Shown piece after piece: positions 49,527 through 57,322 of a stretch of 64,000 bases of DNA (positions within the stretch are counted from its first letter, which is position 1; each line of letters opens with the position of its first letter). A program made the translations under genes and the position numbers. The notes under the pieces were generated by a model. That model searched no databases. It was not told the origin of the DNA and saw only the letters and a program-made list of their open reading frames with translations. The DNA is from an uncultured Oscillospiraceae bacterium (GTDB lineage Bacteria > Bacillota > Clostridia > Acetivibrionales > DTU013): positions 267 to 64,266 of the forward strand of contig CAZEIH010000017.1 in assembly GCA_964512095.1 (NCBI GenBank), given 5' to 3'.

Positions 49527-52010
49527 ATGTTTATTTATAAGAAATTATCCTTTATTTTAATTGCTGCATTGATTTTTTCTATATTAATCCCATTTCCTGC
49601 AACAGCAAAAGAGGCTGTAGATGTAACTGAAAAAATTCAGCTTTTAGGGAAGCCTGCTCAATCTCAGCCCTATGCTAGAAATATTTGGGACATGCAGGTC
49701 TTCAAGGGGAAGCTATACGTCTGCTGTGGCAACAGCAGCAATAATGCTCCCGCATCTAACGCAGGGCCAATTGATGTTCTTAGCTATGATTCCGTTAAAG
49801 GCATTAGTAAGGTTTATACAGTCAACGAAGAGCAGGTTGATATCTTCAGAGTCATCAACGAAGTTCTATACATTCCCGGACATGATTCAAAGGATTCCTG
49901 GGATTTTGGCAATTACTACATCTTAAGCGATAGCTGGAAGAAGGTTAGGACAATTCCACAGGGCGTCCATGTCTATGATATGGCTGGCTACAATGGAAAG
50001 CTATACGCTGCTACCGGCACCAATGGCTACAGTGAGGTGGTAGTCTCTAGCGATAACGGCCTTACCTGGAATAAAGCAGCCCCTGAGGATGGAACCATCT
50101 TTCACACCACAGGCTACAGAGCCTATACCATGTTTGAATTTAAAGATGTTTTGTATGCATCCAGCAAGTTTATGGGAGTATCAAGCAATTGCAATAACAT
50201 GCTAAAAATAACCAAAGAAGGTATTACTTCTATTAATGTAGAAGGTCTAAAAATGATGCCGGGGTTGCCATCGTCTACCATGTATGCCAGCTGTAAACTT
50301 ATCAGACCTGTTGAGTTCAAGGATAACTTGTTGTACATAGGCGCTGAGATACACAATGATCATCAATATATACCACTCGCTTTGTATGCTTCCAGCAATA
50401 TTGGAGATGCCAGGATAATAACCCTTCCTGAAAGCACTGCTCTGCCCTATGATATTATTACACGCGATTCCCTTATATACGTTCTCGCCAGTGTTAAAGT
50501 CTCTGACAGCTCTTTTAAAAACTTAGTGTATAAGAGCACTGATTTAAATACCTGGGAGCAGGTGCTTAGCTTTAACAGTAGTGCCTTTGCCCGATCCTTT
50601 GAAGAAATAAATGGTGATTTCTTCTTTGGACTTGGCTGTGACACGGCTTATATGCCTGAATCATCGGGTAATATATTGAAGGTAAGTAAGTCCGCATATG
50701 CACCTACTCAAGTAGTGCAAGCTGTGACCAAGCAGGAGCAGGAGCCTGCGCTTAAAACTCAGTCAGAAGCCAACTCTGGGACGAAGACGGAGGCTAAATC
50801 GGAAACCAAGACTAAATCTGAAACCACATCGGCAGCTAAGTCGGAAACCAAGGCAGAGACCAAATCTGAGACCACATCAGTAGCTAAGTCGGAGGCGAAG
50901 TCCGAGACTAAATCAGAAACCATGGCAGAGACCAAATCAGAAACCAAGGCCGAGACTAAATCTGAGGCCACATCGGTAGCTAAGTCAGAGGCGAAGTCCG
51001 ATACTAAATCAGAAACCATGGCTGAGACCAAATCAGAAACCAAGGCCGAGACTAAATCTGAGGCCACATCTGTTGCTAAGTCAGAGGCGAAGTCCGATAC
51101 TAAATCAGAGACCACATTGGTAGCTAAGTCGGAGGCGAAGTCCGATACTAAATCTATTGAAGAAACCGCGACGATTGGCACCACAGAAAACAATACGCAA
51201 GCTAATAACCCTACCTCATCAAAATCCTCGACTGAGGTCAGTAGAAGCAGCAGGCAGTCATTTGCTAACTCTTCTTCAATAAATGTAAGCAGCAAGCTTA
51301 TGTCAACCGGCATTCAGCTAACTAAGCCCATTACCGCCAATACATCAGAACTCCAGATATTCGGTAGTACCTTGTATCTTTTACAAGAAAACACCTCTGA
51401 GCCAAGTATCATTGGTATAGATCTTGCCAAAGGCGCATTGATTAGTAATGCTGCAGCTGATTCCACCTATAAAAAGAACCAATTAGCGAATAATAAATCT
51501 CATACAACCAAAGAAAATATGGAGTCCTTAAAATTAGCAGTTACGAACATGTTACCTGTTTTGTCGGTCTATAACTCTATAGACATATTCAAAGCTATAA
51601 AAACTGAAGGCTATGAAATATATATTCCAGCTAAGAAAACAATTAGAAAACGGGTCGCCTCCATCGGTTTATACGTTACATCCTTAGGAGGCTCTTCAGG
51701 AGACTCTTCAGGAGGTTCTTCACGCCGCATTAACTTCAACAGCTCTGATGCAAAGCCCTGTGACATAATTATCCGAGATTCCGATGTCTATGTGTTGGCA
51801 GTGGAGGAATACGAAGACAATACCTTCAGAAGCATTGTTTGTCAAAGTAGAGATTTAGTTAACTGGACAGAGCTATTTGTTTTTACCAATGAAGCACCTG
51901 CAGTATCATTTGAGGAACACAATGGTGATTTCTACTTCGTACTTAACTGCGATGAAAAAAATAAATCTGCGTCAAATAAACTAATGAAGGTTAGTAGAAA
52001 TGATTATTAA
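49527..52010 (+). CDS. secreted repeat protein with Asp-box (BNR-like) motifs
   Basis: AGGAG lies 7 nt before ATG 49527. Signal peptide MFIYKKLSFILIAALIFSILIPFPATA. One Asp-box SSDNGLTW, a central (KSETKAE…) repeat block, and a C-terminal ~85 aa that duplicates residues about 330-415. Confidence 0.7.
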   Translation: MFIYKKLSFILIAALIFSILIPFPATAKEAVDVTEKIQLLGKPAQSQPYARNIWDMQVFKGKLYVCCGNSSNNAPASNAGPIDVLSYDSVKGISKVYTVNEEQVDIFRVINEVLYIPGHDSKDSWDFGNYYILSDSWKKVRTIPQGVHVYDMAGYNGKLYAATGTNGYSEVVVSSDNGLTWNKAAPEDGTIFHTTGYRAYTMFEFKDVLYASSKFMGVSSNCNNMLKITKEGITSINVEGLKMMPGLPSSTMYASCKLIRPVEFKDNLLYIGAEIHNDHQYIPLALYASSNIGDARIITLPESTALPYDIITRDSLIYVLASVKVSDSSFKNLVYKSTDLNTWEQVLSFNSSAFARSFEEINGDFFFGLGCDTAYMPESSGNILKVSKSAYAPTQVVQAVTKQEQEPALKTQSEANSGTKTEAKSETKTKSETTSAAKSETKAETKSETTSVAKSEAKSETKSETMAETKSETKAETKSEATSVAKSEAKSDTKSETMAETKSETKAETKSEATSVAKSEAKSDTKSETTLVAKSEAKSDTKSIEETATIGTTENNTQANNPTSSKSSTEVSRSSRQSFANSSSINVSSKLMSTGIQLTKPITANTSELQIFGSTLYLLQENTSEPSIIGIDLAKGALISNAAADSTYKKNQLANNKSHTTKENMESLKLAVTNMLPVLSVYNSIDIFKAIKTEGYEIYIPAKKTIRKRVASIGLYVTSLGGSSGDSSGGSSRRINFNSSDAKPCDIIIRDSDVYVLAVEEYEDNTFRSIVCQSRDLVNWTELFVFTNEAPAVSFEEHNGDFYFVLNCDEKNKSASNKLMKVSRNDY
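50760..51155 (+). repeat. tandem coding repeat, 90-nt period (Lys/Ser/Glu/Thr/Ala-rich)
   Basis: The 30-aa unit SVAKSEAKS(E/D)TKSETMAETKSETKAETKSEAT is repeated nearly identically, with shorter 6-8-aa sub-repeats on both sides. Confidence 0.9.
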
Positions 52011-52465
52011 AATAAACGCCTAAGGCGGTAATACATCCTCATCACCATCTTTCTGACAGGTATAATTAGAAGCCATAATCCTACTAAACATCTTAAAAGC
52101 ATATTATTGCAATCAATAATATGCTTTCCCCTTCTTATCCTGGAAACAGTAGCAATCAACTGGTGAGATACAAGAGGCCCTTCTACCCACTGCTGCGCGT
52201 CACCTATTATATAAAAGCTACTCTCTTCCTTTTTCATTACTCTGTGCATTACATATTCGCCTGTCAATCGTTTAATTAGAACGATATCTCCCCTTTTCAC
52301 AGAATCGTAGGAATTGCTTGCAAGCTCTACACTGTCCTTACCTTCACGTAGAAATGGATACATACTCATCCCGGTTACCGTTATCCAGGCCTTTTCACCA
52401 TTATTCAGTATCTCAGCGACCAAACTAAACAGTTCTGCCGCCTTCACCTTTACAAGCTCATGCAT
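52007..52465 (-). CDS. S24/S26-type serine peptidase-like protein, C-terminal TM
   Basis: TGMSMYPFL (GxSMxP Ser box), GDIVLIKR (Lys box) and the hydrophobic tail LLRCLVGLWLLIIPV. Overlaps the upstream gene by 16 nt. Confidence 0.65.
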   Translation of the reverse strand: MHELVKVKAAELFSLVAEILNNGEKAWITVTGMSMYPFLREGKDSVELASNSYDSVKRGDIVLIKRLTGEYVMHRVMKKEESSFYIIGDAQQWVEGPLVSHQLIATVSRIRRGKHIIDCNNMLLRCLVGLWLLIIPVRKMVMRMYYRLRRLF

Positions 52466-53346
52466 TTATACACCAACTCCACAGCTTCATAGTCAGGGCG
52501 GCATTGTAGCAGATAAACGGGAACTGTTTCTACCAGCTTTTCAATGACCTTAATAGTTGCCTCCATTAATCCTCCATCAAAGTATGGGAGAAAGCACCGA
52601 GGCATCAACATTTCCAGCGCTCTGGCCATATCGAGTCTTTCAATCCTATTCTCAGATGACCGGGTCAGCATCACAACACCCTCCAATGGTACCTTCAAAT
52701 TAGCAAATATATCTGTTGAACCACTCCAGGGCGTACCACACAGCATCGGCTTGCCCTCAAGGAAACGAATAACCGGTCTATCGTCATTCAAAAGTGTAAC
52801 TCTGTCTCCGTACCTTTCCTTCCACAGCCCTGTATGTGTTGACTTGCCTGTACCTGAAGGAGCAGATACAATAACACCCTTACCGTCTATTGCAAATGAG
52901 GAGGAATGTACAGTAATGCTATCCATACTAATCATTGCGTTTCTGTATGCTATACCTGTGAGCTGAAATGTGTGGTAATCATTCCATTTGACACGTCTAT
53001 TATCACTTATGGGATAAGTCAAATCAGACTCTATGTATCTAATGGATATATTCCTCCAAAAATAATCTGCTTCAAGAATGGTGTCAAACTCCAGATTTCT
53101 TGTACTTGTCATAGCTATGAAAAAACCGTTGTCAGGAGCTTTTTTTCTATACCATCTTGATGTTTCATCAAGTATCAGATCACCATCAGGAATAACAATG
53201 TTATCCACCTTTTCCGATTTAACAATCAAATCGACAGCTGAAGCCGACGTATCCGATGCTTCCATTTTGAATATGGCTCCTCTTTCTTCAAACAGATCGT
53301 TGGATCCTATAAATTCGACAATAATACCAGCAATGTTGTAAAGCAA
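52450..53346 (-). CDS. HPr-kinase-C-terminal-domain-like P-loop protein
   Basis: VHSSSFAIDGKGVIVSAPSGTGKSTHTGLW resembles the HprK C-domain motif (H-A-S…G…G-x-S-G-x-GKS). TTG start at 53346, 9 nt after AGGAG. Confidence 0.65.
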   Translation of the reverse strand: MLYNIAGIIVEFIGSNDLFEERGAIFKMEASDTSASAVDLIVKSEKVDNIVIPDGDLILDETSRWYRKKAPDNGFFIAMTSTRNLEFDTILEADYFWRNISIRYIESDLTYPISDNRRVKWNDYHTFQLTGIAYRNAMISMDSITVHSSSFAIDGKGVIVSAPSGTGKSTHTGLWKERYGDRVTLLNDDRPVIRFLEGKPMLCGTPWSGSTDIFANLKVPLEGVVMLTRSSENRIERLDMARALEMLMPRCFLPYFDGGLMEATIKVIEKLVETVPVYLLQCRPDYEAVELVYKCMSL

Positions 53347-53427
53347 ATTTATTCACTCCTGACAATTACATAATATAATAGCTTAGAGAAATTCCCTTAT
53401 GCAGGCTGAGCCTTCCTTTTGGTTCAG

Positions 53428-53524
53428 TCAATTCGCATCGCTCAGGGAGTCAGGTGGAGACTGAACTCCGCTTGACCAAGGAAGTTAATTATTGAGTTCA
53501 GCGTCTCCTGAAGACATAGATAAA
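53428..53524 (-). repeat. full-length copy of the dispersed repeat (inverted relative to 57323 and 59445)
   Basis: TCAATTCGCATCGCTCAGGGAGTCAGGTGGAGACTGAACTCCGCTTGACC…CCTGAAGACATAGATAAA. About 85% identical to the reverse complement of 57323-57425. Confidence 0.85.
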
Positions 53525-53528
53525 GGGC

Positions 53529-53560
53529 AAAATAAAAGGGATTGTACAATTAACAACCCC
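53529..53560 (-). terminator. rho-independent terminator directly after the second precursor gene
   Basis: Minus RNA reads GGGGUUGU-UAAUUGU-ACAAUCCC-UUUUAUUUU. The G·U pair would be an A·C mismatch on the plus strand, so the orientation is minus. Confidence 0.7.
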
Positions 53561-53581
53561 CCATTAAAGACATACATAATA

Positions 53582-53710
53582 TTAGGAATTCAAACCTACC
53601 CAGGTATTATACTCTGCAGAGCAAGCCCCATCATAGTATGTACATGTACAAACTCTCTCATCTGCGCGTAGTTCTACACAGTTTATTTCGGGAGCAACAT
53701 ATTTTTTCAT
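53582..53710 (-). CDS. putative RiPP precursor peptide A2 (42 aa)
   Basis: Not in the ORF track. AGAGGTG lies 7 nt before the ATG. Sequence: MKKYVAPEINCVELRADERVCTCTYYDGACSAEYNTWVGLNS. Confidence 0.75.
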   Translation of the reverse strand: MKKYVAPEINCVELRADERVCTCTYYDGACSAEYNTWVGLNS

Positions 53711-53746
53711 TGTTTTTCACCTCTTTCCTCTTCAAGTTTGTATTTC

Positions 53747-53893
53747 TCACGAATCGCTAAGGGCTATAAGACCAACCATTGTGGGAATGTTTTGAACCTC
53801 CCATGTAGTACAACTTCCTGTGCAATTGCTGGCTATACGCTCCTCAACTCTTAGCTCTACACATGATAGTGTAGGTGTAACATATGCTTTCAT
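53747..53893 (-). CDS. putative RiPP precursor peptide A1 (48 aa)
   Basis: Not in the ORF track. AGGAGGG lies 7 nt before the ATG, 30 nt after the rSAM stop. Sequence: MKAYVTPTLSCVELRVEERIASNCTGSCTTWEVQNIPTMVGLIALSDS. Confidence 0.75.
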   Translation of the reverse strand: MKAYVTPTLSCVELRVEERIASNCTGSCTTWEVQNIPTMVGLIALSDS

Positions 53894-53923
53894 CTGGAAC
53901 CCTCCTTTCCATAATTTTTAAAA

Positions 53924-55051
53924 TCAATATTCTACATCCAGCTCCTTGCGGGCTTTTGCAGTCTCGCAAAGATATGGGGCTGGTTTAGTGAAGCTGCCTG
54001 TTTCAACCTTCAGTCTTGCAGGACAAGCCATGCATTTTGAGCGAAGGTCGCAATTATCACATTCCTTGCAGGAAGGTACATCCAGGCAGGATTTCTTTAG
54101 CAGTTCCCAAGATTTCGAAAATCCAAGACTCTTTACGTCGAACCAGGGATCTGTCAATAAGCCGCAAGGCGTCAATCTGCCATCCCAGGTCAACCAAAAG
54201 GCACCCTTCCCCGCCGTACATCTAAAGGCGGACGAAGCAGTCATATGCGGTATCTCTCCCACTAACTCATTAAGCTGGCCATCTGTCATAACATCATTAT
54301 TTACTGATAGCTCAGCCCTCTTCCTTGTTTCTTCCCGGTCCATGAGCTTTAATCTGAAGTCCTGAATCATTTTCTCATACCTTGCCAGCTCCAGAGGACC
54401 AAGCCTGCAGTTTTCAGGATCAGTGCCACAGCCCTCTCTCCTTGGCGCAACATAGTTGACTATGCCCAGTTGCCCTCCAAGACTGTCTGCTAAAGAATAT
54501 ATCTCCTCAAATTCACTACTATTTTCATCTATAACAGTGGTCTTTAGCTCTACCTTAATATTCTCAGCTAATAGCAGCTTTATTGCATTTACCGTATTGT
54601 GGAAGCCCTCCGGGTGTCCTGTGACTCTACCATAGGTCTCTGGACTTGCCCCATAAAGTGTAATGCTCACCTTTGATGGTGGCCTCTTCCCCAATCTGTG
54701 TGCCTTTTCAGCGTCTATGAGACCTCCGTTAGTATAGAGGGTAATACTCATTCCCATTTCTGAAAGAGCCTCGTATATCTCAAAGAAGTCCTTTCTCATG
54801 AATATCTCTCCACCGGTTAATGTCATAAAAATGAGCCCTGCATCTCTGGCCTGCCTTCCCAATGAAATCCACTGTGATGCTGTCAGCTCGTTTTCAAGGA
54901 ATGCTTTATCATCTGGCACACTGCATACGTAGCACATTTTGCAATGAAAGCTACATCTGGCTGTCAATTCAAAAAAACCTGATGCAGGATTCCCTACAAT
55001 AATTGACCTGTCAATTAAATTTTTGTATAATTGAGCCCATGACATACTCAT
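53924..55051 (-). CDS. radical SAM / SPASM-domain peptide-modifying enzyme
   Basis: CSFHCKMC (CxxxCxxC) near the N-terminus. The Cys-rich C-terminus is FRCTAGKGAF…TPCGLL…CLDVPSCKECDNCDLRSKCMACPA…YLCE. Overlaps the PqqD-like gene by 4 nt. Confidence 0.85.
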   Translation of the reverse strand: MSMSWAQLYKNLIDRSIIVGNPASGFFELTARCSFHCKMCYVCSVPDDKAFLENELTASQWISLGRQARDAGLIFMTLTGGEIFMRKDFFEIYEALSEMGMSITLYTNGGLIDAEKAHRLGKRPPSKVSITLYGASPETYGRVTGHPEGFHNTVNAIKLLLAENIKVELKTTVIDENSSEFEEIYSLADSLGGQLGIVNYVAPRREGCGTDPENCRLGPLELARYEKMIQDFRLKLMDREETRKRAELSVNNDVMTDGQLNELVGEIPHMTASSAFRCTAGKGAFWLTWDGRLTPCGLLTDPWFDVKSLGFSKSWELLKKSCLDVPSCKECDNCDLRSKCMACPARLKVETGSFTKPAPYLCETAKARKELDVEY

Positions 55052-55335
55052 TGTTGGTCCCCGCCATCTGCTGTTTCCAGTAGATTTTTCTGATGCAGTG
55101 TATCTAAAAACCTGATAACATCATTTTTTGCAGTTGCCTCGTCGATATCATATTCTTCAAGCAAAGCTGATACTAATTGCTGAGTGTTGGCATCACTTTC
55201 CATCAGGCGCCATAAAATCGCACCACTTTCACTTAGCGTCATTATTCCGTTGAATTCTACAACTCTTGCCCCCAATGGAACAACTACCCATTGCTTGGCA
55301 ATCTCCCGTAACATGAAACCGCTTTTGACCTTCAT
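55048..55335 (-). CDS. PqqD-family protein (RiPP recognition element)
   Basis: 95 aa. FMLREIAKQWVVVPLG…FNGIMTLSESGAILWRLM…LVSALLEEYDID…AKNDVIRFLDTL matches the PqqD-like winged-helix pattern. Confidence 0.8.
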   Translation of the reverse strand: MKVKSGFMLREIAKQWVVVPLGARVVEFNGIMTLSESGAILWRLMESDANTQQLVSALLEEYDIDEATAKNDVIRFLDTLHQKNLLETADGGDQQ

Positions 55336-55432
55336 CTACAAACCCCTTTATGATATGTTGTAATTTTATCTATTTAGTAGCCTTTTTATGTAATATTATA
55401 CAGTATCATCTTTTAAATGAATTTTCATGTCT

Positions 55433-55461
55433 ATATTATAATTATTTCATCTGTAAGTCAA
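55433..55461 (-). promoter_or_regulatory. candidate promoter for the pqqD-rSAM-precursor unit
   Basis: Minus strand reads TTGACT, a 17-nt spacer, then TAATAT (a TATAAT also occurs at 15 nt). It lies in a 222-nt AT-rich gap. Confidence 0.4.
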
Positions 55462-55557
55462 TACCAATTTTAATATTTCCAGTAATACTTTTGCTTTTAT
55501 TTTATTTTTTTACTTTTTATGTGGCATAGTCGCTTTTTTCATGGCACAATTACTTTA

Positions 55558-57255
55558 TTAGACAGTCAGTAATTTTCTATTCTCCCTTTCCGGTTCTAAA
55601 AACCCCTCCCTAAGTCTGAATACTTTACTACAGCTATTTAGGGCAGTCATTCTGTGAGTAATCATTATACAGGTTCGAGCATGGCCTATTCCCTGTATAC
55701 TTTGTAATACCTTCTCTTCCAGCTCTATATCAAGGGCTGAGGTAGCCTCGTCAAGTATTATAATCGGCGCCTTCCTAAGATAGGCCCTGGCTATTGCTAT
55801 TCTCTGGGCCTGGCCTTCAGAAAGCCCGTATGCTTTTTCTCCAATAACAGTGTTAATTCCATCTGGAAGCTTTTCGACAAATTCCAGCGCACAGGCTGCT
55901 TTTAATGCTTCCTTCATTTCACTCTCACTTGCCTCCTGCTCTCCTGTGCGCAGATTGTCAGCTATTGTTCCACTTAATAATGTATTTCCTTGAGGAACAT
56001 ACGAGAACCAGCTTCTTGTGGCACATGTAATTTCACTTTTTTCGTCCCTTTCATTGAAACAGTAGATACTTCCAGCATCAGGCTTTAAAAGAGCAAGCAT
56101 GAGGCGTATTATCGTTGTTTTACCTTCGCCGGAGCTTCCTATTATGGCTACTATTTCACCTGGCAACGCCTCCATTGAAATATTATTCAGTACAATTTCA
56201 TCATCTTCATAGCTAAAGCTGACATTTTCAAATTTAATCCCTACCGAGCCAGGAGTCTCCAGTAGCTCATCAGTTACCTCTGTATTCAGCCTCTCAAGCT
56301 CTATCAACCTGCCTGCAGATGCCAGTGCTGCAATAATCTGAGGCAGCATCCTTGAAAGACCCATAAAGGGAGCCTGAACCTGATTGACAAGCTGCAGGAA
56401 GGCGGTCATTGTACCGTAAGTCGCTGTCCCCCTGGCTACCTTCACTATACCCCAGCCAAAGGCTGACCCATAGCCAAGCCAGTATCCAATAGACATTATG
56501 GTGCTAGCCATTACTCCGGCTTTGCTTCGCTTTGTCACCAGCTCTAGCTTTTCCTTTTGCAGCTCTCCAATTTTCTTCTTGCTATTTTCTTCAAGATTAA
56601 AGGTCTTAATAACCAGAAGGTTCTGCAGGTATTCCTGCATTTGAGACCGGTAAGTACTTTCGGTTTCCTGTATCTGTATGTGCATTTTGCCAAGTCTTCT
56701 GCCATAAAATCTGCTCACAAGTATCGTAAATGGCGCAAGTACAAATGCAAGTATCGCTAAGCTCTTGTCATAAACCATAAGTGTCACAAATGCCGCCGTT
56801 AGCTGTACTCCTAAGGAAATGATCTGTGGCAGTACGCTAATTGAACCGTTTGTAACAGAATTAATGTCGCTTGTCAAACGGGTCAGAAGATCACCACTGT
56901 GATATCTTGAGACCTGGGCCCACTCAATGTTTATCAGCTTTGCAAAAATACCCTGCCGCATATCATTGGAGTACCTTTCATGAACTCTTGCTGTATACAC
57001 TGTAAGAAATGCACGGGAAATTTGCATAAATAAAATCACACTCACAAATAAAGCGATGTTAGGTCCAGCACTTTTTAATCCATCATAAATAGCACTGTCT
57101 ACGAGATTTTTTGACGCTACCGCCATTAAAACTGAGGCAATAGCAGCCAAAGATTCCACAGCTATTATGAGAATAAGGGCTCCCAGGTATGGCCTTATGC
57201 TTGCAGCTAACCATCTGATATTGGATAAACTCTTTATTACTTTCTTAATGTTCAT
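55558..57255 (-). CDS. ABC exporter, fused permease/ATPase (no C39 peptidase domain)
   Basis: 565 aa with 6 TM helices, Walker A GSSGEGKTT, signature LSEGQAQR and Walker B IIILDEATS. Confidence 0.9.
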   Translation of the reverse strand: MNIKKVIKSLSNIRWLAASIRPYLGALILIIAVESLAAIASVLMAVASKNLVDSAIYDGLKSAGPNIALFVSVILFMQISRAFLTVYTARVHERYSNDMRQGIFAKLINIEWAQVSRYHSGDLLTRLTSDINSVTNGSISVLPQIISLGVQLTAAFVTLMVYDKSLAILAFVLAPFTILVSRFYGRRLGKMHIQIQETESTYRSQMQEYLQNLLVIKTFNLEENSKKKIGELQKEKLELVTKRSKAGVMASTIMSIGYWLGYGSAFGWGIVKVARGTATYGTMTAFLQLVNQVQAPFMGLSRMLPQIIAALASAGRLIELERLNTEVTDELLETPGSVGIKFENVSFSYEDDEIVLNNISMEALPGEIVAIIGSSGEGKTTIIRLMLALLKPDAGSIYCFNERDEKSEITCATRSWFSYVPQGNTLLSGTIADNLRTGEQEASESEMKEALKAACALEFVEKLPDGINTVIGEKAYGLSEGQAQRIAIARAYLRKAPIIILDEATSALDIELEEKVLQSIQGIGHARTCIMITHRMTALNSCSKVFRLREGFLEPERENRKLLTV

Positions 57256-57322
57256 AAGTCATTCCTAACCAATACTAATCGACTCCTTATTGTTAACCTT
57301 TTTTCCTTATGACCAGTCTTTG

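Noticed and set aside
50759-51313. 184-aa minus-strand ORF (SDLVSD… repeats)
   Set aside because: It is the antisense reading of the KSETKAE coding repeat of the 49527-52010 gene.
52007-57255. Lasso-peptide cluster interpretation (because of PqqD plus HPr-kinase homologue)
   Set aside because: No asparagine-synthetase-like cyclase or transglutaminase-like B2 protease ORF is present, and a radical SAM/SPASM enzyme is present instead. The precursors lack the usual Thr at the penultimate leader position followed by a Gly/Ala/Ser/Cys-1…Asp/Glu-7-9 core pattern.
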